Source: Paragordius varius (lineage: Eukaryota > Animalia > Nematomorpha). Taken from it: DNA of 64,000 nucleotides. The notes under the pieces are model-generated. The model saw nothing but the letters and a program-made list of their open reading frames with translations, was not told the origin of the DNA and searched no databases. Made by a program: the position numbers and the translations under genes. Of this stretch, positions 1 through 12,822 are shown piece by piece; the first letter of the stretch is position 1; each line of letters opens with the position of its first letter. The stretch covers positions 2,170,001 to 2,234,000 of the forward strand of contig OZ176050.1 in the NCBI GenBank assembly GCA_964247055.1, given 5' to 3'.

Positions 1-70
1 ATATTTTTATATTTAGTGTATTGATAAAAATCACCGTATATTTTTTATTTCACTTTTGCAAACCAATTAG

Positions 71-1652
71 GGGCATGTCTCGCAATACAAATGGGTATTC
101 CCATAAAATTAACTTTGGCCGTCAATGTTAATGATATCATAAAGCGAACTTTGAACCGAGGAGATTTTTCAGCCCTGACACCTGTTAAACCAACTCTTTC
201 AGTGTCGATGGATATATTGGTTTTGTAATTTAACATTTATATAAAAATATTTCAAAATTTTGAATTCTATTAAATTTTACTTGTTAATAGTGTCCATATA
301 ATATGGAACGCATATTTTACATCTACAGTAAAGGCGATGCCGAATTGACAACCAAAATTATGAGAGACTTTAGTCAATACAAAAATGTTACCATACCACC
401 TGACCTTTTAAATGAGGTATGCTATTTTTTAAAAAAAATAAAGAGTGTTTTAACCATTTGATTTAACTAAATTTTGATTTATTTAATTTTTTAGATGCAA
501 AAAGATTTGAAAGGTTATGAATGCAATGATGAAACAGTTAAATCGACAATCGTTCGATGTTACATGGAAAATAATTTTATTTTATGTCCTCACACTGCCA
601 TAGGGGTAGCCTATTTTTATGAATGCCGAGATGGGTAAACAAAATGTTTCTTATATTTTTTTTTAACCAATTAAGCCTCTTAACATTGAAATTGATAAAT
701 TTTGATACTTTATTCTTACCAAATATATAATAATGTTAAAGCCGCATTTTGAAAATTAATTAAGAACTGAATTTCGGATTTCCATATTCAACACTGGCCT
801 CAAATAATACAACTAAAACATAAATTATTTAAATTCTTAATTTTGGGTAACATTCAAAAAAATCCGGAAAAAATAAAATTTATGCGGATAAACTTTTTAA
901 TATTATATATTCTAATATAATGATAATATACTTTTCATCCTTACCAAGGTTTGAAACCAAAATCGATTTTAATTTTGTTTTCAAATATTCCTAAATAACG
1001 GTTTTGGACTAAATGCTTTTGATTCCATAGAATTTTATGCAAAAAATTTTGGTTTCAGTAACATTTTTGATTTCGGTTCCATTTTTAGCTTATAGTTAGC
1101 TTTTAATTATTTTAACATAATGTGTATGAATAACCAAATATAAACATATAAACACCACTTGTTCAACTTTATAATGTTTTTATAAATAAAAAAGGGATAC
1201 CGTTTTAATAAGTTCCAGTTTCTCATAACCGTTTTAACTAGTTAAAAATTATGGTTACACTGTATGTGCATAGGAAATCATTGAAATATCCTATGGTTTG
1301 TGAAGCCACCGCATCTTATAACAAATTCCCTTCCTCAACTGACACCATAAAACAATATTTAAAGGATGAATTTGCTGAAAAGAATGTAGTCCAATCCGAT
1401 ACTCCGCCAGAAAAGGGTCCACCCAAAAATTTTGTACTAAGTGAAGAAAAAAAGATTGCTTTCAAACAAAAAATGGATGAACGGATGTATGAAATTGAAT
1501 TGAAACCGTTGCGAATTCAAAAGCTATTAGATACGTCTCTTTCTGGACAAGGGGAAGGCCGTCAAAATCTCCATAAAATGCTTCGAAGCAATCAGCCCGA
1601 TTGGTGTCAACAATTAAAACTACTTATACTTGACATTGCAGAAAAATTCTAA
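71..1652 (+). CDS. THNSL2: Threonine synthase-like protein (THNSL2-type), 3' part; gene begins left of the window
   Basis: Exons about 71-219, 291-416, 495-634 and 1274-1652 join in phase across GT-AG introns. They give MGIPIKLTLAVNVNDII...KPTLSVSMDIL|CPYNMERIF...LCPHTAIGVA...ATASYNKFP, matching recalled THNSL2/Thr4 motifs (AMDIQVPYNMER, LCPHSAVAV, ASAAKFP). Stop TAA at 1650-1652. Confidence 0.9.
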
Positions 1653-1829
1653 TTTTTTTCATATATTTATTTATTTATTTATTAAAATTATAATCAACAA
1701 TATATATTTTATATGAATCATGGAGTTATTTATGTGGAAGATTAATTGACTAGAAAATTAATTAATAATAATAAATGCGTTTGCATACAATCAAAAATCA
1801 ATATGAAAAAAACATTATAAAATTGAATA

Positions 1830-4800
1830 TTATTGAATATTTATTAACGTAATATTTACATAACTTGTATTTGTATTCATTACACTCGTCTGTCTACCAT
1901 TTTTCATGAGATTTATGAGGGGAGCCTTTTTTATTTCTTTTGTATTAGTTTCAATCAATTTAGATTTTGGCGTTAATGTAGTTGATGTGGTATTTTGTAG
2001 AAGTTCAGTTGTACCAACCAGTTTTTTACTAAGTATGCTTGTCGTTTTCAATGGTTCCAGGGTTGTATCGGTTTTAACTGAGGGCGCAACAGGTAAAGTA
2101 GCTTCATATGGGACATAATCACGAACAATTAAACCAGCTTGTAATAGGTGAGAATCATTGTTTGTTTTGTTTCCATTGAAAATGGGTAAGGGTTTAGTAG
2201 TAGTTTGTTCAGAAATTTCGAGGGATTTTACGGTTATTGTTAAATTATTTAGAGGATTTAGAATGAGAGCAGCTTGAGTTACGTTTTCTGTTTTATTTAT
2301 ATTATGTTCCGCAGTGAGGGGTAAGAATGTTGAATTGATTTTCGTTGCATTATGTTCAATCGTAGGGTTTGTTTCCTGCTCATTTATAATTTTAGGCGCA
2401 GCTTTTATAAAAATTTCATCTAAATCAGATTTTTCTGGGGTTGTTGCGGTTTCTAGAGAAGGTATGATAGTTGTTGGTCTGGTTCCACTCAATCCAACTA
2501 ATTTCAATAAACTTGTATTCAACGGAATACTGGGCTCATTACTAAATGTTACAGAGTTATTATTGTTATCTCCCAAACTGCTTATGGTAGTTATGTGGGC
2601 AACTGTTTTTACAACAAGGGCTGCTTCATTTGTTCCTTTTATAACTTCAACACCACTTTTTATAGTTGTGGACCCAACATTTGTTGTAAATGTAGATTCA
2701 TTTAGAGTCAAATTTTCATTTGATACGTTAGTTAGGTTGGGAAAAAGTGTTTCATTCAAAATTAATGAAGAGATTTGAACTTTCTCTTTGCTTTGAACTT
2801 CAGTTAAATTGGTCGGAATCGGGTGTTTTAACCTACTAAAATTTTTAGCGAAATCCGTTGTGATATCGCTTTTTTCGCTTATGAGAGATGGTATAGAAAC
2901 GTTGCTTGTTAATTCTCTGGAACTAACGGTATACAATATTAAAGGAGCTTGAGTCGCATTTACCACCAAAGTTTGCGTTGAGTTCTCAATAATTAAGACT
3001 GGATTTGGGGAAGAAACTAAATTTTTCTTAGTATAGGGAAGAGTTGTTAAATTGCTTTTAGAACTTGCTTTCTTGGTTATTAGCGAATCATTAATATTAG
3101 AAATAAATTTTTCCAAATCCTCCGTAACTATTAATGAAGCTGTTTTTACTGAATACTTTTTGTCATTCGTTTTCGTTTTAGATGATTTCCCATCTGGAAC
3201 AGATGTATTACTACGACTTCCAACCTTTATTATCTCTTTATGCAAAGAGGCAATACCTGATAGAGCAGTTTTTATATTTTTATCAGAAGAATTATTTTTT
3301 GATTGTGAAACTTTATCATTAATGCTAATAAGTTTTGCTGTTTTTGTTTCGTTAATTGTGATAATTTTGGGGGCACCCACAACGTTAGTTTCCACAATTT
3401 CATTTGCATCTTTCATTGTTTGGGTTGTAGTTTCTAAAATAATATTTTCACTATGAGTTGTATGATCAAAATCAAATTTTGTATGTGATACGGCATTAAA
3501 TGGTGTATCCGAAACTGGGGTAATTGGATTCATGTTATTAACTTCAGAAATGTTTGGGTTACCATTATAATTATTGTTGTTGGTTGAAACAAAGTATTGA
3601 TACAATTTGGAGTTTAATGGCACATTTAAATTGGTGGCAAACAGTTCTTCAGTTATTTTAGTCTGTTCATGCTTAAGATTTGGAGTTTTATAGTTTAATA
3701 AATTTTCAACAATTTTTTGTTGTGGGCCGACGAAATTTGCTTCGAATTGCGACTTTGTTTGTTGGATAACTATGGGATCTCCAGAGCCATTTCTAAATTG
3801 GAGCGTTAATACAGTGCTTGGTATATCGGTAACTGTCAATTTCTTAGGTTTCATAACTGACGAATTATTTCTGCCCTCCTTGGTAAAATTTATTAATGGC
3901 TTAAATGATGTAAAAATATTATTTTCCCAAAAAGTTGTATGGTTTTCTGTAAGCGATTGATTCGACGTTTTCAATTGCCTAACGTAAAAAGATCTCACGA
4001 TATCGTTGTTAATGCGATTAAAAGCGTTTTGAGTATTAGTTTCGGATTCAGATCCATCCAAAACTGTATCATCGATAAGATCATCAAATGAAAATTCTTT
4101 CCTATATCATTATGTATATGACATTATACCCAATGTTTTTTTTTTAAATTATGAAAAAAATATTTATATTTATTAATTTTAACAAAAAAAAACGTTTGCG
4201 GTATAAAACTTGTGACATTCAATCTGTTTGGTGTATAACTTATTTACTTACTATCATGTCAAAAGCCACTTTTAATTATGCTAAAATTACAAAATTGTTT
4301 GTTTTTAAGAATTTATTGCGCAGTAATTTCGTTAAATCATTTATGTTTTTTATATGATTCATTTAAAATTTTAATGGTTTTACTGATTCTTTTTGCGTAT
4401 AATACAGCTGTCACATTTCCCTTGGCATAAATCGAGTTGTAGCGATCCTTTAAGTTCATCCTCTAACATTGCAAAATTAAAGCGATATCCTCTTTGTTCA
4501 GGATACAAACCCCAAGCTAAATGCAGTTTTCCATCGATGATTGGAATGTCAAAAGGATCAATTCTTTGCGCAAACAAGGATGAATCTTGTCTATTAAACA
4601 AGATAAAATTCAGAATCCATAAGACAAAATGGAGACCCGTAATTTAATTTGAGTAAACTATTTTACCAATTTCGATTTTTTGTAAGGAAATAATTTAAAA
4701 TTCTTCTATAGGGACTAACAAACTGGTTATGTTTAAGAAAACAGTAAAGTGCGAAAGAAATTAACAGAATTATGTATTTATATGTGTATTGAACAGACAA

Positions 4801-6848
4801 AAACCATATAATATTTATAAACAGGTAAAATATAATACTATAAAAATGAACCTTTTGATATGATATCTAATGGGTTCATAAATATCGGAATCAGTAGAAT
4901 TTTCTATTGTTTGAGTATCTCTTCTATAATTCAATGTGCTGTTTATGTTTTCCGTAGGAGAGTCTAAATCCTGCGTATCTCTTGTATGCTTGCTTTCTGG
5001 TCCCACACCGGCATAATTATATTGTATGCCTAAATAGCATATATGATACAAATATTAAAGCTCACAAATATAACTATTAGAAATAAAAACTTATAGCATT
5101 TTTTGATTCTTACATAGGTTTATCAATGGTTTTTTAACTCAATAGTATAAAAATTAATTTCAAAATGTAATGTTAATATATATGTAATATGACCTATTTT
5201 CTTCCTAAACATCACAAAAAGGTGATTTAGGGATTCTATTGCGAGAGCGCCTGTTAAAGTTGCATCTGATCGCTGACTTCCACCATAAAAATAATCTGAT
5301 TCTGGGGAGGCAAAACCTGGTCCGGCATATCTAATACAAATAAATACAATTTAACGTTTAAAACGATGTAATCCTAAATTTTGCTGAAATATTATACGAA
5401 ATTCAGATAATTTCTACCAATATTTTGATATTATTTAATGTTTTGAAAATAGCGGGTACCTATCATCCACTCTATGAGTACTCCCATGAGCCATCCCTGT
5501 CATCAAATCTAAACATTCGAATTCACTCAAATTTGCTTCGCTTGGAGATTGGATTCCAGAATAAAATGGAAAATTTTTGCACATTGCAGTCATATTGGGC
5601 CATCGCCAACCCAATCCTATAAAACGATAGATATTATATAATTTTACATAAAAACTCCTAAAATAAACAAATTTAATAATTTACCGATTTGGTGATTAAT
5701 AGGCCCCTTGAGAACTATTTCGATTTCACAACTATCCGTTAGAATGCGCCAAAACAGAGTTAATTTGTTAGATAATGTTACATTGGTGTAATCCTGAGAT
5801 AAACGGATAAATTTAGGAGAGTGGGAGAGGTTAAAACGGTTTAAATCACATTGAGCTGAACATTTTTTCATATAGAAACCATGATGGCAAAAGCACATTT
5901 TCCTAACGATATTTTGAAGATTTACATATTTTTATCCCATATTAAAATTAAACCTTTTTATGTCACACTAAAAATTTATGAGATATCGTTTTGTTTAAAT
6001 TTATTTGATTCTTACTGTGGGAAATAAGTTCGACTGTATTGGTGACAAGAACCTCTTTTCCCGCCTCCGCAGTCTTCCTGATCATCGCATTCCATTTCGT
6101 ATTGGCAATATTCTCCGCGGTAAAGTTGTTTGCACAAACAAGTTCCGTTGTTTGGGTAACCTCGGTTGTAACAAAGTAATTGGAAATCTGTGTTATATCA
6201 TCATAACACTTTTACAAACTTAAAGAAAATAAATTTATAAGAGAAACCTATTCCATTAATTGAGAAACGTTAAAATGCAAAAAATGATAATCGGACCGCC
6301 CAGATGAAATTTGCTGCTCCGTGGGACCAATTTATAGAAATTATCTTATGATCATTCAAATTCATGGTCAAAATTTCGTCATTTTTTACATAAGGTGTGA
6401 TTCTTATATCATTTTATTTTTTTATCATATCAAGTGTTAACAAATGTTATTTTAGTTTTAACGATCTCATTTATTCTTAATAATAGGTCATGCGCAACAA
6501 AATTTAATTTTAATACAATGTTTCAATTATTTTTAAACTATCTATTAAAATATTCCGATATATGCTGCAAATGTTTTTACTTACAAATTTAATTTATATA
6601 TTTTAGCAGCTCGATCGGTGTAATTATATAATAATCCAAAACTCAAAGATTGTATCCAAGACTAAACGTAAAAAACGACCTTTTTTGATGGAGACATCTG
6701 CACAGCTCATAAGTTTATAATTGGTTCCATGAAAATTAACATTTTGACTGAGTCGCATAATGCAATTGGAGCATGTTAGATTTTTCGGTACCGTCCAATA
6801 AAAATTTTGCACGTGCATCGTTCCATTTGTGCATGTTGTCTCGGTAAT
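1830..6848 (-). CDS. Probably secreted EGF-like + DOMON domain protein (nahoda-like family) with a long Ser/Thr/Asn-rich mucin-like C-terminal tail; 5' end not resolved
   Basis: Minus-strand exons give VPKNLTCSNCIMRLSQ...MSCADVSI (about 6660-6848) and EGF-like CLCKQLYRGEYCQYEMECDDQEDCG (about 6020-6187). They continue with CFCHHGFYMKKC...LFWRILTDSCEIEIVL, IGLGWRWP...DLMTGMAHGSTHRVDDRY, DYFYGG...VMFRK and LHLAWG, which are DOMON-like motifs. The 743-codon low-complexity ORF 1830-4061 follows. Confidence 0.72.
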
Positions 6849-7319
6849 CTAATATATTTGAGATAAAGAAAGTCATAAACTTGGTCTTGTAGTTCAAATT
6901 ATGTAAAAGTACTAAGGCTAAACCTATAATGGTCAGATCTAGCAAACTTTACTTTTAACCAATACATAAAAAGCCTTAAGGTAGTATACCAAAAAATTAT
7001 TTTATTTACATCGCTTAAAAAATTGGATACACTACTTGTATTCATAGTTTTTTACCGGTTTTAAGAGAAGATTTTGACGTACGCAGACGATCTATTTGAT
7101 TCAAATCCCATTTTGACATCTAACATAACTGAACTGCATTCCGAGTTCAGCAAAAACATGTGTCTTACTTTTAAAGTTCAGTAATCATAAAAAATTTTGT
7201 GCCTGAAAAACCTTTGCGATCGCATTACCATCAGTAGAAAAAGGCTGTTGATTTTCGTTTCGTGGGAGAAACATAGATTTAATGTAAAAAATGGTTTCGA
7301 TTATAAGTTATGATTTGTG

Positions 7320-8050
7320 GGTCTTGTATACCGCACAACTGCAAGGACGTGCAAGAGTTATTGGATGATGCCTCCACTGAAACTCAGCGGTAATTGGCAG
7401 AAGCATTACATGTATCACAAAAATCGATCAAGAGATTTCTATGATATATGGACCAATAAACTCGGTAAATGGTTCCCTCACAATTTGAATGAACGCGAAA
7501 ATTGAAGAGTTTGTGAGATCCTGCTTGACCGTCACGAAAAGAAATCCTTTGATGATTAATTGATTTTTTTAAATCCAAGTCATTCCATGACGGTAAGGGG
7601 AAAGCGCTTTGGCATAAAACGATGCTCTGCTTGTAGGATCAAGGCGGTAGTGTGTAAAACTAATTAAATTCCCGTTACTATTAATACAAACAATGCCAAC
7701 AAAACCTAATTAAACCATAAATTTATCGAAGAACAACCAGGATGAGCCAGAAAACATGCCAAAACGATACTTACAGACAATGCTTTATCTCGCTCAACAA
7801 AACCAGTGAAAAACATCTAATCCCTTTCTTGGGAATTTTTTTGGCTTCTAATTACCGACTAGGCGCCATCTTACTTATACAATATCAATGGGCCACACCC
7901 TCACAGACAACATTTAAATAATTTCGAAGGCGTTTGAAAATGGCTTGATGAATGGTTTGTCGCATGAGCAATTTTCTGGCACAACATTCATATACTTCTC
8001 GAAAGATGGGCAAAATTTTTAGAAGCTGATGGACAATATTTTGTAAAAAA
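7320..8050 (+). mobile_element. Decayed mariner (Mos1-like) transposase remnant
   Basis: Broken frames give ELLDDASTETQR*LAEALHVSQKSI, LGKWFPHNLNEREN, CEILLDRHEKKSF, SMGHTL, KWLDEWF, ERWAK and ADGQYF. These are collinear with Mos1 transposase (GRWVPHELNERQ, KKWLDEWF, ERWEKCVASDGKYFE). Many stops and indels. Confidence 0.88.
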
Positions 8051-8942
8051 CAATTGATTTTCTTTTAAAATTTCAATTTCTTACTAAAAATTCCCTTACG
8101 AATTCACCAGGTATATGACTTTTGCGCAAAATTTATATTGAAATAATCCAAACATAAACAATACGTTTACTCTCGAAAAATGTGTAAATCCTATTATATT
8201 TTAAATGAAGTGTAAATTGAGAGTTCCACTTCTCGTAATAATTGCTTTTAAATGGTCATATATATTTACATGACGTGGTATTTTTATCTTTGCCGCTATA
8301 GGTATCAAAATTGTGTACATGTAAGTATTTCAAAACATAATTTATAATCATCAAAGCAAAAATGTGTCAACCATTTAGAAAATATATTTTTTAACCATAT
8401 TGTACTGCTAATTTCTTTTTCGCTTTCATAAAATATATCACAAAAATTTGCATATTTATTAAAAAAAATGCTTACCTTGAACTTCTTTTAAACATTTATG
8501 TATGACAAACAAATGTTTTTAACAAAAAAATTTTTTCAAATTGCATCCTAATTTATTATATAAATTATCCGATAACAAGGACCGAACCGACTTAATCATT
8601 AGTTTAATATCTAATCTTCTTATGTTGCATTTACAAAGTGAAATAATGTTGGTTGAAAAAAAATGAAATTATAAAGACGGTTAATTTATGAGTTAAGTGT
8701 GGTTTATATTAAGGAATAACAAATTAAAATCTTACATTATAAACGATGTGGCCTTGCGCATCTAATAATTGTAAGAGAATCGGTCCTGGAAGAGAGTGAG
8801 TAACATCCCAAGTTATTTTGTAGGCAGTTTGCCGTTTCATGGGAAAGGGAATTAAGCTTTTTGCAGTATTCCCGCATGGCGGATTCTATAAAAAATAATT
8901 TATATTGATTTGACAAAACCTAGATGATAGTTTCATCTATTG

Positions 8943-9208
8943 CAGGGGTGTCCAACACAGATGGCTTCGCGGGCCGCATAGAAAATATATAAGGACATTC
9001 ATAAATACTTTTTTCGATTGTAAACATAAGGCTCTAGAATGCAAATAAAAATTCTTTCTAGTTCGATGCCAATTGAATCGACTCATTTCTAAAAATTGTG
9101 TTGGAAATATTAATTTTATTAAGATTTTGTGGACATACTTTTGCAAATAATGTATTTTTTTCGCGGGCCGACAAATAATCTCGAAGGGCCGCGTGTTGGC
9201 CACCCCTC
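8943..9208 (+). mobile_element. hAT-type MITE, copy 1
   Basis: Ends CAGGGGTGTCCAACAC...GCGGGCCGC and GGGCCGCGTGTTGGCCACCCCT form imperfect terminal inverted repeats typical of hAT/Charlie-type elements. No clean TSD. Confidence 0.7.
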
Positions 9209-10672
9209 TATTAAGATATTTATAATGTCAAACTTGTGTGTCAACTCTTTAACTTAGTTTATGATTGCTGATATCAGATTTCCTTATTAAACATTAATTT
9301 GTTTACCTTAGGTGGGTGTACAAAGAATTAATAATCTAATTCTATGAAATATCTAAATAACAGATGATTATTATAGGTAATTAAAATATATAAATACCTC
9401 ATATCCAAAATCCGTGCTTAATTTTCTTGGAATAGGAAAGGTTAATCTCAGGTGAGAATGTGCTCGCTGGATAATAACACCGATGATCAATGTCAAAATG
9501 TAAAAAGTCATTATATTCAGTAACCTATTTTATCATACAATTAAAATTAAATTGGGTAACGCAAAATGTTAACACGAAAAGAATTTTATAAAAATAATAA
9601 AATTATTATGTAATATTCGTTTGTTCGTATTTCACAGTGCACTACTTTCTCTCAAATTCAAACCATAAATTACGCATAAGTTTGGAAAAACAATATGTGA
9701 TTGTTTTTATCCGAAGCTTTTGAGATTCTCAAATCTTTCCTCTCCAACGCACATATTGCTTCAAAATGGAGAGTAAAAAATGTGCGTATTTTATAATTTC
9801 GCTCCTATGGAAAAGAAAACAATAGGTCGTTCGTCATAAATTGTAATGCACAAGAATTTAATTTATGGAATTTTTATACGGATCAAAACACTTTAAAAAA
9901 TGTATTTGCACAAGGTTAACTTATCTATTAAAATTAATATCCTTTCAATTACAAATTTTTAATATAACAAACATAAAAAATATTTTTTGCATTTACTATT
10001 TGCGGAATCGGGATTTAAGAATGTATGTATATGTTTTGTGGTTGAATAAAAATGCGTAAAAATATTTTTTTTGTAGTAACGTTATTGGACAAAAAATAAA
10101 TGCGACGACTTACACACTACTTCATTACTAACAAATGATAACTAATTTTCTCTATCCAATGTTTTTTTTTTAATTTCGTAAAAGTACGTAAACCACATAA
10201 TAAAAACTATCATTTGCCTGTGCGTAAGACATGACATATATATTTTTACGATTTTTAATGTTCAAAAAAGCGACAATTTTTAAACAATGATCCTACTAGT
10301 CTGAATGATTATTTCGTGTTAAAATTATCAAACAGTTTTTCACGTCATTAATTTTTTGTATGTGCTTATAATTCATTGGTTGGATACACAAGATATCATG
10401 GTTGAATTTAAAATACCAAATAAATCTATATTTTGAAAAATCTGTCTTATATAGGCGTCTAATCTGTACATGGACAAATGTTATAGTTAATCGGACAAAA
10501 ATTTGTGGTTACATGTCATCCTATAAAATTAATTTCAAAAAAACGCGAAACAGTTCATTAATAGTTTTTTGGCAATCGCTTTTTTAATTATGGACCTAAA
10601 CGATATTTTACCGCATAATCTCTAAAATAACATTAAAAGATATTAAATCCAGAATCGTAATGTTGGATAATA

Positions 10673-10811
10673 AATAAAAGCGTCTATGGGGTGTTACTAT
10701 AAATATTTAAATTATTTAAAAAGCTATGAAAATTATAAATTTATAAAAGCGTCTATGGGGTGTTACTATAAATATTTAAATTTTTTAAAAAGCTATGAAA
10801 ATTATAAATTT
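10673..10811. repeat. Tandem duplication of a 69-bp unit (2 copies)
   Basis: The unit AAAAGCGTCTATGGGGTGTTACTATAAATATTTAAATT(A/T)TTTAAAAAGCTATGAAAATTATAAATTT recurs, with CGTCTATGGG at 10681 and 10750. Confidence 0.95.
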
Positions 10812-11894
10812 AATCTAATCTTATTTGTTGAAGGTTGCTTTGGATATGGCCTTAAAGTTTCTCAGCTGCTGTCCACTAACTAATTTTAAAAAAGCATGGC
10901 ATAAATGAAAAAATAATGTTTTCAGATAAAATTACTAATTTGATTATAAATCATAGTGTATGTAGCAAAATTTTTCATAAATTTGCTGGTATATGCTTTT
11001 TATAATATGAATAGTTAGGTGTGCATGCCCGGCCAAATTTGGCGTTTTTCATAAATAGATAATATTTAACAAAATATGATTGCATTTAAATTTGGGCCTT
11101 TTATAATCTCAATATTATTGAAATACGATTTGGTACATATTTTAACTTCATTATTTTTTAGTTTTTTACAAAAGGGCTAATATAAAAACGAATTATAATA
11201 TATTGGCCCAAATTTTGCAATATTTTATTTTATCACCAAAAGCGTCTGTGACAATCTAAGAATGCAATTCATATACTTTAGCTGCTTATCCGCTATTGGT
11301 TTGATCCATTTCTATTGCAAATCTTGTAAAACCTACAAAGTGAACACACACACAAAATCTGCCTTATGTCGCATTATTAAAATAAAATCGATTAGATTGA
11401 ATCTTAATTTCTTATTTTATTTATTCTTGGAAAATTTCGCGACTATCGATTGGGAATATTTTAATTTTACCACGACTAACGGTATCTTAAAACATATTTC
11501 AAATAAGCCAATTTATAATGAGAAAAAAACGGAACGAATCAAAAAAGTGGCTCCACCATGTTCTTCGCACTAATATATTAAATATAATTGAATAAAAATG
11601 ACTTCAAATGTACGTTTTTAGGAAATTGGATATAATAAAAGACATGCTTTTGGTTTTTGTATTTTTATTATCTATATTTGATCACAGAGGCTAATTTTAA
11701 AATATGATAATAGGCGCATTAATATAAATATAACAATTGTGGGTAGATCGCTTTTTTTAAATTGTTTTAATAAACTATTTAAAGTTTCTCAACTAACGCA
11801 GAAAATATGTTGCTTAAAAATAGCTTTTTATTGGGTGGACTATTCGTTATTATAATTTAACAATTACGTGGAATGATTTGAGCATTTATCATTT

Positions 11895-11937
11895 TTTATC
11901 TGCGGCCTGCGAAGCCATTTGTGATGACCCAGCCGTG
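11895..11937 (-). mobile_element. Isolated end of the hAT-type MITE
   Basis: TATCTGCGGCCTGCGAAGCCATTTGTG closely matches the reverse complement of the 5' end of the copy at 8943. Confidence 0.5.
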
Positions 11938-12822
11938 ATCTAATACGTACTTACATGATTAAAGATGTAATCCGTATCATATTTTCTCGTCCTTAATATT
12001 TTACAATGACATAGGCCAAAACATTCGCTTATAAAATATTTTTAAACATAAATTATTGCTCGTTGACTGATTGCTAACTTTTCTGATAAGCACAACCTTT
12101 AAATGAAACATCTTACACATGGCTTTTTATAATCTTAAACAGGCTTTTTCAGTGATTATCTCATCTCTTCTTGGTAAAATACGATTCTGGACAAAATATT
12201 TCTAGTTGTCTTTTGTTTAAAATGTTTATTTTCAGAATTTTTTGCAAACAGCTACACATTTACAATTCATTTAAATTTGCAGTTATCTTTTGAATGTGAT
12301 TCTATTGGCAAAAAATAAGCGAAAAAATGTCTTTATGCTATTACTTTCTAGGAACTTAACATGTATTGATAATTAGTAAATAAGGTTATAGATTAAAATT
12401 GATAAAAATTTATACCATTTGATACCGAATTTTTGTAAAAGGCAGAGCTGTTTTTGGATTTTTTTAGTTTAAATAAGGTTCTAAAAAAGCTTTCAGTTCC
12501 TATTTTAATTGTTCTGGTTTCACTCCTAGCGCTTTTATAACGCAGAGCAACAATTATAACCGCTTAGAAGCTATATTGATATATATTGTAAATCAATTAA
12601 AATATAAGAAATAAAGGGTTGATAAATTAACTCTCTTTTAAAGACCATCTAATAAAATCGCTGGTTTCAGAAAATAAAACATCCTCGATATTTGTACCGT
12701 ATAATTTATAAGGTTACTAATATTTATTTGATATTTGAATTTGATATTTGTACTTATAAATATAATTGTATACTATCTATGGACATCAAAATTAATTGCA
12801 ATAGAAACGACCCATAATTAAT

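Noticed and set aside
71-1652. Threonine synthase as horizontal transfer from microbes
   Set aside because: Intron-containing and most like the THNSL2 type that animals normally carry.
1906-3960. Hydrophobic plus-strand ORFs as membrane proteins
   Set aside because: Antisense shadows of the Thr/Asn/Lys-rich minus-strand ORF.
12040-12310. Possible Tc1-like transposase remnant on the minus strand
   Set aside because: Only vague similarity with many stops; no diagnostic DDE motifs or TIRs.
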